The translations under genes and the position numbers were made by a program. Below are positions 39,413-49,187 of a stretch of 64,000 nucleotides of DNA, piece by piece (within the stretch, counting starts at the first letter, position 1; the number at the start of each line of letters is the position of its first letter). The notes under the pieces were generated by a model. That model was given only the letters and a program-made list of their open reading frames with translations. It searched no databases and was not told the DNA's origin. The stretch is taken from contig CAVQFQ010000004.1 in the NCBI GenBank assembly GCA_963711835.1, positions 224,001-288,000 of the forward strand. Direction: 5' to 3'. This DNA is from an uncultured delta proteobacterium. Its GTDB lineage: Bacteria > Desulfobacterota > RBG-13-43-22.

Positions 39413-40780
39413 CTATTTAATAATGACGCGATCGAACCGTCCGCCCACGTCCTGCTTGAATTCATTCCAGAATTTCTGATCCGACCGCCGCCAGTCCGAG
39501 CCGAAGCGGCTGTCGAAAAAACCGCCCAGCTTATCAAACAGGCGGTTCCAGCCGGCCGGGGCCTCGTACTCCATGATATCTTCCAGAAAGGGCACGATCT
39601 CGCCTAATTTCTCTTTAGGCAAATAGGCCCGGGCCCCCATTTCAATAGAACGCTTCAAGGCCTCGGCCGAAAGGGCATGGGCCGTCAGCATGGCCACCGG
39701 GTAATTCTTTGATTTGGCCAGGGCCAGGAGATCGAAGCCCCGGACCCCCATGATATCCAGGATGACGATGTCGTAGGTCCAGGAGTTCAACAGCTCCACG
39801 GCCTTTTCATAACTGGTAGCCTTGTCGATCAGGCTGTCCGGGCAGGCGTCGAGTATTTCTTCCTCCAGCACCTCCAGGACATCCGGTTCATCATCTACGG
39901 CCAAAATCCTTTTTCCATTCAGAATTGAGTCACTCACCCTATAATCCTCCTTTCGCAAATTTAAGGGGGGGATGCGGACCAGAAAACGGGTCCCTAATCC
40001 TTCCCGACTGATCAAGGTAATTTCACCGCCCATGGCCTTAACCAGGGTCTTGACCCCGGCTAAGCCCAGACCCAGACCGGGGATGTGGGCGGTCTCCTTA
40101 TTGGTCAAACGTACAAAGCGCTCAAAAACAGCCTGCTGTCCATGGGAGGGAATTCCTAAACCGTCATCTTCGACCCGCAGGTAGAGGTCCCGCGATCCCC
40201 GAATCGAGATCTTCATCCGGGTCCGGCGGTACTTGAGGGCATTACTGATCAGGTTTCGCAGGATTTGCTGGATCTTTTTTTGGTCATGACAAAAAGGGGT
40301 CCGGCAATATTTGCCTTTAATTTCGTAAAAAATACCCTGGGTCTTGAGAAAGGCCTCGTATTCCTCCGGGTTGTTCTCCAGCCGACAAAGCTTCTCGGCT
40401 TCCTGGGGCAGGATCGCCTCCAAAACTTCCAACAGGGAATCTTTGAAAGTCTCATCAACCGGGAAATAATTCTCCTGAAAAAAGCCTTCCTCGGAGCGAA
40501 AAAGCTCGATCATATCCTGCAGCAAGGTCTGAGCCTTGCGGGTATTTCTCAGGATGCGCTGTAGGGCCAGGGTTTGAGACTCCTCCAGCGGACCGTAGCG
40601 GTCCGGTTTTTGGATTAAATTGGAGGCACTGGTGGCAATGACCGCCAAGGGCCCCCGCAGGTCATGAACCAGAAGATCCACGATGAGGGCCTTTTCTTCA
40701 AGGTCCTGTTTACTCTGACCGATTTCCTTTCCCTTTTCTTTATTTTTGTCTTTATCTTTAGGCAATCCCAGCCGCATCAA
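39413..40780 (-). CDS. Sensor-less histidine kinase read in frame into receiver copy 1 (possibly two genes: kinase to about 39961, receiver 39413..39937)
   Basis: LVHDLRGPL, NLISNALKY, DDGLGI, GLGLGL, then ILAVDDEPD. An internal aaggagg lies 8 nt before GTG 39937, and the junction has a G7 run. Confidence 0.85.
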   Translation of the reverse strand: MMRLGLPKDKDKNKEKGKEIGQSKQDLEEKALIVDLLVHDLRGPLAVIATSASNLIQKPDRYGPLEESQTLALQRILRNTRKAQTLLQDMIELFRSEEGFFQENYFPVDETFKDSLLEVLEAILPQEAEKLCRLENNPEEYEAFLKTQGIFYEIKGKYCRTPFCHDQKKIQQILRNLISNALKYRRTRMKISIRGSRDLYLRVEDDGLGIPSHGQQAVFERFVRLTNKETAHIPGLGLGLAGVKTLVKAMGGEITLISREGLGTRFLVRIPPLNLRKEDYRVSDSILNGKRILAVDDEPDVLEVLEEEILDACPDSLIDKATSYEKAVELLNSWTYDIVILDIMGVRGFDLLALAKSKNYPVAMLTAHALSAEALKRSIEMGARAYLPKEKLGEIVPFLEDIMEYEAPAGWNRLFDKLGGFFDSRFGSDWRRSDQKFWNEFKQDVGGRFDRVIIK

Positions 40781-42362
40781 AAGCCTTTCCTCCGCTGACG
40801 GGAAAGGAGAGACAAAACGTACTCCCTCCCGAATTAAGACAATCGTCCACGCTGTTGCAATGGGGGCATCGGCTGATATCCCCCGGACAGAGATCCATAT
40901 CTTTGGGGATAAACGGGCAGCGCCGGCTTTCTATGGAGAGCTCGAACCCGAAGCGCCGGCCGTAGAGCTTGGTCTGCAGGAGACCCAATCCCTTGCCCCC
41001 GGCGTTAAAGTCGTAAGGTTTCTTGGAGGTGTACAGGTCCGTATCCTGGGTGTGAAACAAGCCGTCAAAAAGATAGCGTTGGTTTTCAGCGCTGATGCCG
41101 ATGCCGAAATCCCGGACTTTGAGGTCCAGGCGGTCCTCTTTTTTTTCCAGGCGGACCTCGATGCACCCCTGGTCGGGGGTATTTTCAACGGCATTTTTTA
41201 AGAGGTTTTCCAAAGCTTCCTTTAAAACCAAAGGCTCCATGGGAAGATGGATCTCCTTTTCCCCGATCAGAACCAACGTAAGATTTCGATGACGGGATCG
41301 TTCCCGGATCTGTTTCATGATCTCCTCGATAAAGGGGTAAAGGAAGATTCGTTCAAATGGAAGAGGCCGGGCAGAAGCGGAACTCCTGATCCATTCCTTG
41401 AGACCGGCGCTATGATAGCGGATCTCAGGCGAAAGGTCCAGCTCTTCTTCCAGCTTGACTAAAAGGCGGTCCAATTCGCCCAGGATAAAGCCCTTTTCAA
41501 ATTCATGGCTGGAGCGGATGATTTTATCCGTTTCCTGCTGGATCTCCATCAAGCGGTTCAGATTCTTATCCAGTGATTCAAATAGTTCCCCTTTTACCCC
41601 CAATTCGGGAAATTTCTCTATCTTTCTTTTTAAAAGCCGAAGATTTCCCTGGATGATGGACAACGGGGTCCGCAGTTCATGGGACAGGTGATCCAGGGCC
41701 TTGTCCTTGGCCCGGTTGAGACGCCGGAGCTCTTCCCGGGATTGTTCCAGGGCTTCGATACGGGCGGTCTGCAGTTGGGCCATCTCCAGGAAGACGGCGG
41801 CCTGATTGGCGAAAGTCTTCAGAAAAGACTGGTCTTCCTCGGTGAATAGCCCTTCTCTTTTATTAAGGACCTGAATGACTCCCAGGATTTGCTGGGAACG
41901 AGTGACCAAGGGGAGACACAGGAGACTCCGGGTCCGGTAGCCGGTGCTGGCATCCACCTCGCGATTGAAGCGCGGGTCTTCATAGGCATCCTTTAAATTG
42001 AGCGACTGCCCACTCCGGAAACAATATCCGGCAATCCCGCCCTGGGAGGGGATTCGAATGACCTTTCCTTCGATGCCCAAGGCCACCTTGGACCAGAGTT
42101 CGTCTGTTTTGGCATCATAGAGAAAGACGCTGCAGCGGTCGGCCTCCATGACCTGGGCTGTTTTTTGGGCAATCCGGTAAAGCATGTTATCGACCTGAAG
42201 GTCCAGTCCGATGATCCGGCCCAAATCCAAAAAGGCCTGGAGTTTCCGGGCCTGGTGATCCTGGTTTTGCTGGGGGGCCTGGTCCTTGCTTCTTCGAAGC
42301 CGGTTTCTTCGGTCGCCCATCAAGGGCTTGGGATCTAGTGACCTTTCCGCAGGTCTATCCAT
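40758..42362 (-). CDS. GAF-domain histidine kinase with Cys-rich insert
   Basis: GAF motifs (DAYEDPRFNREVD, QVLNKREG-FTEED), HELRTPL, NLLKNAVE, DFGIGI, GKGLGL, RCPFIPKDMDLCPGDISRCPHCNSVDDCLNSGGSTF. Confidence 0.9.
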   Translation of the reverse strand: MDRPAERSLDPKPLMGDRRNRLRRSKDQAPQQNQDHQARKLQAFLDLGRIIGLDLQVDNMLYRIAQKTAQVMEADRCSVFLYDAKTDELWSKVALGIEGKVIRIPSQGGIAGYCFRSGQSLNLKDAYEDPRFNREVDASTGYRTRSLLCLPLVTRSQQILGVIQVLNKREGLFTEEDQSFLKTFANQAAVFLEMAQLQTARIEALEQSREELRRLNRAKDKALDHLSHELRTPLSIIQGNLRLLKRKIEKFPELGVKGELFESLDKNLNRLMEIQQETDKIIRSSHEFEKGFILGELDRLLVKLEEELDLSPEIRYHSAGLKEWIRSSASARPLPFERIFLYPFIEEIMKQIRERSRHRNLTLVLIGEKEIHLPMEPLVLKEALENLLKNAVENTPDQGCIEVRLEKKEDRLDLKVRDFGIGISAENQRYLFDGLFHTQDTDLYTSKKPYDFNAGGKGLGLLQTKLYGRRFGFELSIESRRCPFIPKDMDLCPGDISRCPHCNSVDDCLNSGGSTFCLSFPVSGGKAFDAAGIA

Positions 42363-42646
42363 ACTTGGACCGGGCCTTTTCTTTGAGAAAAGAAAAATAC
42401 GCGTGGGGAAAAAGGGTTTCTTTTAGGAAATTATCGTCAAGACAAGTGGGTCCTGAAAACCGACTGCCGGATAAGGGTCTAAGACATTTAAACCGGTTCA
42501 CAGCTTAATGGGTCTCCTGATTTTGTCAAGAAAATTCTTATCGTTAGGGTCGTCCGAACGGACCTTTGCTCCCGTTTCGAATCCCGGGAAAGGGTCTTTT
42601 CCATTCTCAGATGGATAACTTTCTTAAAAAATTAATAAATTTATGA

Positions 42647-42675
42647 TTGACTTCCTTCCTGAGTTAAGCTATAAA
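42647..42675 (+). promoter_or_regulatory. Sigma70-type promoter for rpsU
   Basis: TTGACT-17-TATAAA. Confidence 0.55.
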
Positions 42676-42768
42676 ATAACATTTTTCTTGCCGGAGCCGG
42701 ATTATTACAGTCCTAATTCAACCGACCACAGTTTATTATTCTCTATATAGAAAGGGGTGTTAAATGGC

Positions 42769-42963
42769 ATGTCCATCAATGTGATTGTCAAGGACAACAA
42801 CATTGAGGCGGGCATAAAGCTGTTACGGAAAAAGATGCAGTTGGACGGGTTAAAGAAAGAACTCAAGCAGCGGGAGTTCTATGAAAAACCCAGTGTCAAG
42901 AAAAAACGGAAACAGCGGGAAGCGGCCCGCCGAAAACGAAAAGCCAATATGTACAATCGCTGA
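42769..42963 (+). CDS. rpsU: 30S ribosomal protein S21
   Basis: ELKQREFYEKPSVKKKRK. Confidence 0.92.
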   Translation: MSINVIVKDNNIEAGIKLLRKKMQLDGLKKELKQREFYEKPSVKKKRKQREAARRKRKANMYNR

Positions 42964-43001
42964 TGTTGGCCTTTATCCTTCTGCACTTAACCTGATAACT
43001 A

Positions 43002-43058
43002 TTTTAGGGCCGGACTGGCTATCCTTTCCAACCTTTCGATAAACAGCCGGCCCTAAAA
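43002..43058. terminator. Stem-loop after rpsU
   Basis: ttttagggccgg / ccggccctaaaa 12-bp stem with a long loop. Confidence 0.4.
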
Positions 43059-43096
43059 ATTATCCCATCTCCTCAACGGGTTTAGTTCCTTACTCC

Positions 43097-44098
43097 TTGA
43101 CCACTGATCCTTCCACCCGATCCTGCCATCGGATCTCCTGGATTTACGGCGAAGGGGATCTTAAATCCCTGCGATTAGACAGCCGGATTCGGAAAAGACT
43201 CCCGGGTCTTTCCCGTCAGACGCTGTTAAAACTTTTTGCCGAAAATCACATCCGGGTGAATGGCCGTCCGGCAGCCAAAGGGGTTCGGATTTCCACCGGG
43301 GACCAAATCGAAATCGATCTGCCTGGTCCCTTCGATCCTTTCCCCAGGCCGGATTCCTCTTTCGTACCCCCGGTTCTATTTGAAGACCAGACTCTGCTGA
43401 TCGTCGATAAGCCGGGCTTAGTGCCCTCCCACCCCTTAACACCTTTTGAAACCGGAACGTTGGCGAACACCTTAATGGCTCACCGGCCGGAATTGAAAGG
43501 TCTAGGCAACAAACCCCTCGAACCGGGTCTGGTCCACCGCCTGGATACCGGGACCTCCGGTCTTATGGCCATAGCCAAAACCCAGGAGGCTTGGGTGAGG
43601 CTTAAAAAAGACCTGGCCAATCGGCGCTGGCAAAAAACCTATCTGGCCCTGGTTCAGGGCCGGGTTAGCGAACCGGCCACCCTTTCCCTTCCCCTGGCCC
43701 ATGACCGCCTGGATCCGCGCCGGATGAAAATTATCCGGGGGCCTTCCGATCCTCATCGGGGCCGGGTTTATCAGGCCTTCACCCGGATTCGGCCCAAGGA
43801 ACATTTTCCCCTGCATACCCTGATCGAAGCGGAGCTCATCACCGGCGTTACCCACCAGATCCGGGTCCACCTGGCCGCACTAAACCGGCCCATTGTAGGG
43901 GACATTCTCTATGGGTCCTCAGAAGGAATACCTTCGGGCCTGCCTCCCGGAAGATTTTTTCTCCATGCCTCACAAATCTCTTTTCCTCATCCTCTTACAG
44001 GGAAAAGAATGGTCATCACTTCTAACTTGCCTGAAGATCTTGGGAAATTTTTAAAACGATTAAAATCGAATACGCTTATTGATAAAAATGCTTTCTGA
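43097..44098 (+). CDS. RluA/RluD-family pseudouridine synthase
   Basis: S4-like N-terminus, DKPGLV, GLVHRLDTGTSG, TGVTHQIRVH, GDILYG, LHA. Confidence 0.92.
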   Translation: MTTDPSTRSCHRISWIYGEGDLKSLRLDSRIRKRLPGLSRQTLLKLFAENHIRVNGRPAAKGVRISTGDQIEIDLPGPFDPFPRPDSSFVPPVLFEDQTLLIVDKPGLVPSHPLTPFETGTLANTLMAHRPELKGLGNKPLEPGLVHRLDTGTSGLMAIAKTQEAWVRLKKDLANRRWQKTYLALVQGRVSEPATLSLPLAHDRLDPRRMKIIRGPSDPHRGRVYQAFTRIRPKEHFPLHTLIEAELITGVTHQIRVHLAALNRPIVGDILYGSSEGIPSGLPPGRFFLHASQISFPHPLTGKRMVITSNLPEDLGKFLKRLKSNTLIDKNAF

Positions 44099-45165
44099 TC
44101 CGATCCACCTGAGGCTGGAAGGGCCGGCGGAGATAGGTTTGTTTCAGAGCGAAAATTCGCAACAGGGCCTCTTTAAGCAGCGATTCGGGGAGGGATCCCT
44201 TTTTAAACCCTTTCAAGAGATAGCGATAGGCCCGTTCTATCTTCTCCGGGTCATGACAGATCAGGAGCCCGTCAACCCCGGCCTGGAAAGCCAGAGAGGC
44301 CGCCTCTTCGATTTCAAAGTGCTTCCCGATGGCCCCCATCTCCAGATCATCGCTCAGAACAACCCCCTGATAACCCATTTCCTGACGCAACAAACCCCTG
44401 ACGATCAGCTGGGAAAGGCCGGCCGGCCATCTCGGGTCCAGGGCCGGATAATGGACATGGGTAACCATGATCGCAGCCGGCGGGATGGGGATGACTTCCC
44501 GGAAAGGAATCAGTTCCATCTCTTCCAGGGCCGGTCGGTCTTTTAAGAGAATAGGAAGGTCCTGATGGGAATCGAGTTCGGTGGCGCCGATCCCGGGGAA
44601 GTGCTTGGCGCAGGCCATGATCCCGCTCTGCTGCAGCTCGGAAATACAGACCCCGCCCAGCCTGGCTGTCTGAAAGGGATCGGCGCCGTAGGATCGGCGG
44701 GCCATAAGGCCATCCGCACCCCGGGTGTTGACATCCAATACCGGGGTCAGGTTCAGATTGATCCCCACCAGCCTCAATTCCTCTGCCGTGGTCCGGGCGA
44801 AGGAACGGACAGTCTCTTCAGGGTTTTCTAGAGAGGGCCTGGAAGGATTGGCCGGGCCATTGGGTAAAAGGAGGGTCTAAGCGGCTGACCTCCCCTCCCT
44901 CCTGATCAACGGCGACAAACAAAGGAAGGGAGGAAGTCTCCAGGGCCTTCTCCTGCAAATCCCGGGTGAGTTGGGCCGTCTGCAGCGGGTCCTGAATATT
45001 TCTTTTGAACAGGATGATGCCGCCGACATGGAGCTTTTTCAGCAAGAAGGTCAGGTCGCTGTTATACCGGGTCCCCTGAAATCCCACCATGAAGAGCTGG
45101 CCGACCAGTTCCTCGAGGGAGTGCTTTCGAATCAGGGTTTCAATGGAGATCTGAGGGATCATCAT
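44076..45165 (-). CDS. nagZ: Beta-N-acetylhexosaminidase (GH3), split by a +1 frameshift near 44830
   Basis: GGIILFKRN and VDQEGG in ORF 44818..45165; KHFPGIG, DSH and SDDLEMGA in ORF 44076..44777. Confidence 0.88.
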
Positions 45166-45167
45166 GG

Positions 45168-45230
45168 TTCGTTCAGCAGCGTTCAGAGTTCAGAGTTCGG
45201 AGTTCAGGGTTCAGCGTTCAGAGTTCGGCG
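45168..45230. repeat. 7-bp tandem repeat (gttcaga)n
   Basis: gcgttcagagttcagagttcggagttcagggttcagcgttcagagttcggcg. Confidence 0.8.
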
Positions 45231-45269
45231 AAAACCGACAACCACTTGCTTAGCCTGGAATCACTGTGC

Positions 45270-46019
45270 CTATTCCAGGCGGAAGGTAATGGGGATCTGA
45301 ACCCACATATCCGTGGTCTGGCCATCCTTTTGACCGGGGATGAATTTCCACTCCTTGACTGCCTGCAGGGCCGACTGGTCCAAAACGGAAAATCCGGAAG
45401 AATGGATCACCTCGGCCGTACCGACAGCTCCGGTCTTGAGCACTAAGACCTTCAGCAGGATGGTCCCCTGCCATCCCTGCTCCCGGGCCCGATGGGGATA
45501 AAAGGGAGGCCGGTTCTGTCCGTAGCGGGGAACGGCCAGGGCCGATCCGCTCCCGGGGCCTTTATTCCCCAGCGAGGCCCCCTGGCTTCCCCGAAATATT
45601 TCCGGGGATCCTTCAGTTCCCGGAACTCCCCTTTCTCCCGAGGTCTGCCCAATCGATCCCCCTGTCGGGCTGACCGGGACGGCAAAAATCATCCCTGCCT
45701 CCGGCTTCTCGGCCTTGACCTCCAAAAGAGCGGGCTTCTCTACGTTGGGAGCGGGTTTTTCAGGAGCGACCGGAACCGGGGTCAGCGAAGGGCTGTCCTT
45801 GCGCTGAGGCCGATGATCGCTTGAAGGAACTTTTTTTTGGACCAGGGGGATCGGGGCTTGAGGGAGATGGGAATTGACCAGGGAAACCCTCAGGATCTGA
45901 TAGCGGTCAAAGGAGAAGACATTCCGGGCCAGGAAGGGCCAGGTCAATATTAGGAGACCGAAGAGACTTCCGTGAAAAAATAAGGCCCAGAAAAGCGATT
46001 TATAAAATTCCTTAGGCAT
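45270..46019 (-). CDS. tonB: Energy transducer TonB
   Basis: N-terminal TM with SxxxH-like FFHG, Pro-rich linker, YPHRAREQGWQG...SSGFSVLDQSA...WKFIP. Confidence 0.88.
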   Translation of the reverse strand: MPKEFYKSLFWALFFHGSLFGLLILTWPFLARNVFSFDRYQILRVSLVNSHLPQAPIPLVQKKVPSSDHRPQRKDSPSLTPVPVAPEKPAPNVEKPALLEVKAEKPEAGMIFAVPVSPTGGSIGQTSGERGVPGTEGSPEIFRGSQGASLGNKGPGSGSALAVPRYGQNRPPFYPHRAREQGWQGTILLKVLVLKTGAVGTAEVIHSSGFSVLDQSALQAVKEWKFIPGQKDGQTTDMWVQIPITFRLE

Positions 46020-46809
46020 GTCCTTGATGTCCGCTGACCAGGGTAATCCTGGGCGTCCGGGTCAGGGGGTTTTGGTCCACCACCACCGCCGTATCAAACA
46101 CCTTTTGTATGGTCGATTCGGAAATAACCTGGCCGGGATGACCCATGACTTCGATCCGCCCCTCGCGGATCAGGATCAGACGCCGGCAGTATTGGGCCGC
46201 CAGATTAATATCATGGGAAGCCACTAAAATAGTCAATCCTTTTTCCCGGTTCAATTCCAAAACCAGGTCCAGGATCTTGACCTGGTGTTTAATATCCAAA
46301 AAGGCCGTGGGTTCATCCAGCAGCAACAGACTGGGCTCCTGGCATAGAGCCCGGGCGATCAAGACCCGCTGCTTCTCTCCGCTGGAAATTTCATTTAAGC
46401 GCCTCCCTTGTAACGAGGTCACCTGGGTTTGGGCCATGGCCGCCTCGGCCAAATGGAGATCCGGAGAACCTTCCAGTTGAAACCGTTTCAAATAGGGCGA
46501 CCGGCCCATAAGGATCACCTCCAGGACGGTAGGCGGGAAAACAAAGGCCGGGTCCTGTGATACCAGGGCCATCCGCCGGGCGATCTGAGTTTGTGAAAAT
46601 TGGGCCAGCGGTTGTCCCTCCCAGAGGACCTGGCCCTCTTTCGGGGTCAGAAGATGGGCAATCAGTTTCAGAAGGGTGGTCTTCCCGGAGCCGTTGGGTC
46701 CGATCAGACCCACCAATTCTCCCGGGAACAGCTCAAAATCAACCCCTTTGACAACCCAGCGGTGGTTGTAACGATAACCCAACTGGCTTACCTGGATCAA
46801 AGAATCCAT
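46012..46809 (-). CDS. Cobalamin/Fe-siderophore ABC ATP-binding protein (BtuD-like)
   Basis: GPNGSGKTT, LIARALCQEP, LDEPTAFLD, HDINLA. Confidence 0.88.
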   Translation of the reverse strand: MDSLIQVSQLGYRYNHRWVVKGVDFELFPGELVGLIGPNGSGKTTLLKLIAHLLTPKEGQVLWEGQPLAQFSQTQIARRMALVSQDPAFVFPPTVLEVILMGRSPYLKRFQLEGSPDLHLAEAAMAQTQVTSLQGRRLNEISSGEKQRVLIARALCQEPSLLLLDEPTAFLDIKHQVKILDLVLELNREKGLTILVASHDINLAAQYCRRLILIREGRIEVMGHPGQVISESTIQKVFDTAVVVDQNPLTRTPRITLVSGHQGHA

Positions 46810-47792
46810 TGCCTTCTCCTTAAATATAAAAGGTGGAGGAAAAAGGGCGCCCCCAGAAAGGCGGTAATAACCCCCACCGGCAGTTCACTGGGAGAGATCA
46901 CCGTCCGGGCCAGTAAGTCGGCTCCGATCATGAAGGAGGCCCCAAAAAGCCCGGAAGCCGGCAAGAGAAGACGGTGATCGGGCCCAAAGGCCATGCGCAC
47001 CAAGTGGGGGACGATCAACCCCACAAACCCGATAACGCCGCTGAAGGCCACGGTTACCCCGCACATCAGGGAAACCAGGATCAGGGAAAGCCATTTGATC
47101 CGTTCCACTTCCAGGCCTAATTGGGAGGCCGTTTCTTCACCGGCGGCAATCAGATTAAAGGACCTGCCCAGGCCGTAAAGAACGGCTGAGCAGCCGCCGA
47201 TGACCGGGACCAGGAATAAAAAGTCCTGGAATCGGCACCGGCTTAAGTCGCCATAAAGCCAGAAGAGCATAGAGTGCAGCTTTTCACCGGCTGTCGTGGC
47301 CAGGGCAACCATAATCAGGGCCGCAAAAAAGGCATTGATGATCACCCCGGTTAAAATCAGGGTATTGGGATCAATGATCCGGGCTTTCTGGGCAATGGCC
47401 AGCACCAGGGTGATGGTTATCAAAGCCCCCAGAAAGGCCATCATAGGGATCCCGCCCCAGAACAGGACGCCCAGGATGATGCCGGCCACAGCCCCCAGGG
47501 CGGCCCCGCTGGAGATCCCCAGGAGGAAGGGTTCGGCCAAGGGGTTTCGCATCAGGGCCTGGAAGACCACCCCTCCCAGAGAGAGGGACCAGCCTACGAT
47601 CCCGGCCAGAAGGACCCGGGGCAGGCGCAGGTCCAGCAGAATAGTCCTGGAAGTGGGGTCCAAGCCGGCCCCGAAAATACCCTGGGCAATCGGGATCGAA
47701 ACCGCCCCCAAGGCCAGTCCCAAGATGAAGGTCCCGGCCAGTAAAACGGTCAAGCCGGAAAGAACCATAATGAGTTTTTTAATGGTCAGCAA
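46797..47792 (-). CDS. btuC: Cobalamin ABC permease (BtuC/FecCD family)
   Basis: LRLPRV, RNPLAEP, GVIGFVGLIVPH, GAPFF; lies downstream of a B12 riboswitch. Confidence 0.85.
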   Translation of the reverse strand: MLTIKKLIMVLSGLTVLLAGTFILGLALGAVSIPIAQGIFGAGLDPTSRTILLDLRLPRVLLAGIVGWSLSLGGVVFQALMRNPLAEPFLLGISSGAALGAVAGIILGVLFWGGIPMMAFLGALITITLVLAIAQKARIIDPNTLILTGVIINAFFAALIMVALATTAGEKLHSMLFWLYGDLSRCRFQDFLFLVPVIGGCSAVLYGLGRSFNLIAAGEETASQLGLEVERIKWLSLILVSLMCGVTVAFSGVIGFVGLIVPHLVRMAFGPDHRLLLPASGLFGASFMIGADLLARTVISPSELPVGVITAFLGAPFFLHLLYLRRRQWIL

Positions 47793-47842
47793 CTAACTCC
47801 TTTTCAGTCATCCGCTTTCAGTTATCAGCCGAAAATGGATTC

Positions 47843-48110
47843 TTACATCTTTTAGTTTGAGAATTTATCTCTATCTTTCCAAAATCAGGTGTAGGGGGGT
47901 CTTATTTTTTATGTTGTCCACCCCTAAGCCATGAGCTTCTTTGCCGGGCCAAAATCGGATAATGTTTTGGCAGCAGGCCTACACCCAAGCTGGAAATGGG
48001 CTTGGGTGTAGCCCTACTCTCAAATGATCTTAGCTATTCGGGCCGGATTGGTGGCTCTTAGTTACCCTTTGGACAACTTAAAAAATAAGATCCCCCTACA
48101 CCATTTCTTC
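47843..48110. mobile_element. Family A inverted-repeat element, copy A3
   Basis: Inverted repeats at 47888-47920 and 48070-48102; the core is the reverse complement of the A1 core; internal hairpin ctacacccaagc/gcttgggtgtag. Confidence 0.85.
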
Positions 48111-48173
48111 AGTACGTTAGAAAAATTTCAAAGATCTTTGGTTAGATTATTATCCACCCCATCCCTCACCAAT

Positions 48174-49092
48174 TTACTTCCAGTCTTTCAACTCCGGATG
48201 AATAGCCCGGGCCAAGGCCTCCAGCCCGTCGACCAGGCGGGGCGAAGGCCGGTCCAGCACATCCGAATCCAGGAGATAAATCCGCCCCTTGGCGACCGCC
48301 GGGATCTGGCCCCATTGGTTCCAGCGTTCTTTTTTCTTTTCGGCCGGGGCGCCCCTTTCCATGGAGGTGATCAATATAACCTCGGGCTTGGATCGGAGGA
48401 CCTGCTCCAGGCTGTACTTGGGGTAGTTGATCGCTTCCCGGCCGCTGATATTGATTCCGGCCGCCAGGGTGATCAAATTATTATGAAAGGTATCCCGGCC
48501 CACCGTCATCAGGGGCTGTTCATTGATTTGTAAAAACACCTTGGGCCGGGATAACCGGGAACAGGCCCGGATAACCCGCTCGGCCCTTTGTTCAAGCAGG
48601 CCCACCATCCGGTCGGCCTCATTTTCGGTCCGGGTCATCCGGCCGATGGTCCGGATGGTTTCGAAGACCTCATTTAGATTTTTTGGATTGGTCACCAAAA
48701 CCCGGAGATCAAATCTTACCAGCCTCTCCACCGATTCCTTCTCATTGCCGTCGGCGGTGGCGATGATCAGGTCGGGCTTTAAGAGACAGGATCCTCTCGA
48801 TATTGAGATCCACATAACTGCCCACTTTGGGTTTGGCCAGGGCCCCGGCCGGGAAGTTGCAGTGCTGGGTCACCCCGACCACCTGATTTCCCAGGCCGAG
48901 ATTAAAAAGTATCTCGGTTATACTCGGCGCCAGAGAGATAATCCGCTGGTAGTGGCCGGGTGAAACGCGCCTGTTTAAGGCTTCCAGATCCGCAGTAGCC
49001 GCCAGCAGGTGACCCGGAAAGACCCAACCGGCGACCAGGACTAAGCCCAAAAACCAGTTGGTCTTTTTCCCCCTTCTTAGTGATCTTCTCAT
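48174..49092 (-). CDS. btuF: Cobalamin-binding protein BtuF, split by a +1 frameshift near 48779
   Basis: RIISLAPSITEILF and NIERILSLK in one frame; PDLII...RPSPRLVDGLE in the other. Confidence 0.85.
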
Positions 49093-49187
49093 AAGGCTTT
49101 TGCCTCTCGACCGCTCATTTGAGAAAGACGGCAGCCTAAAATTAATCTTCCTCTTCGCCTTTGCGGAGATTCCTAATTTTCTTTAGG

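Noticed and set aside
42545-42605. tRNA-like gtttcgaatccc motif
   Set aside because: No acceptor, D or anticodon stems could be folded around it
49100-49185. cttcgcctttgcgg half-site resembling the GxxExxY cassette arm
   Set aside because: Too short, with no convincing partner arm
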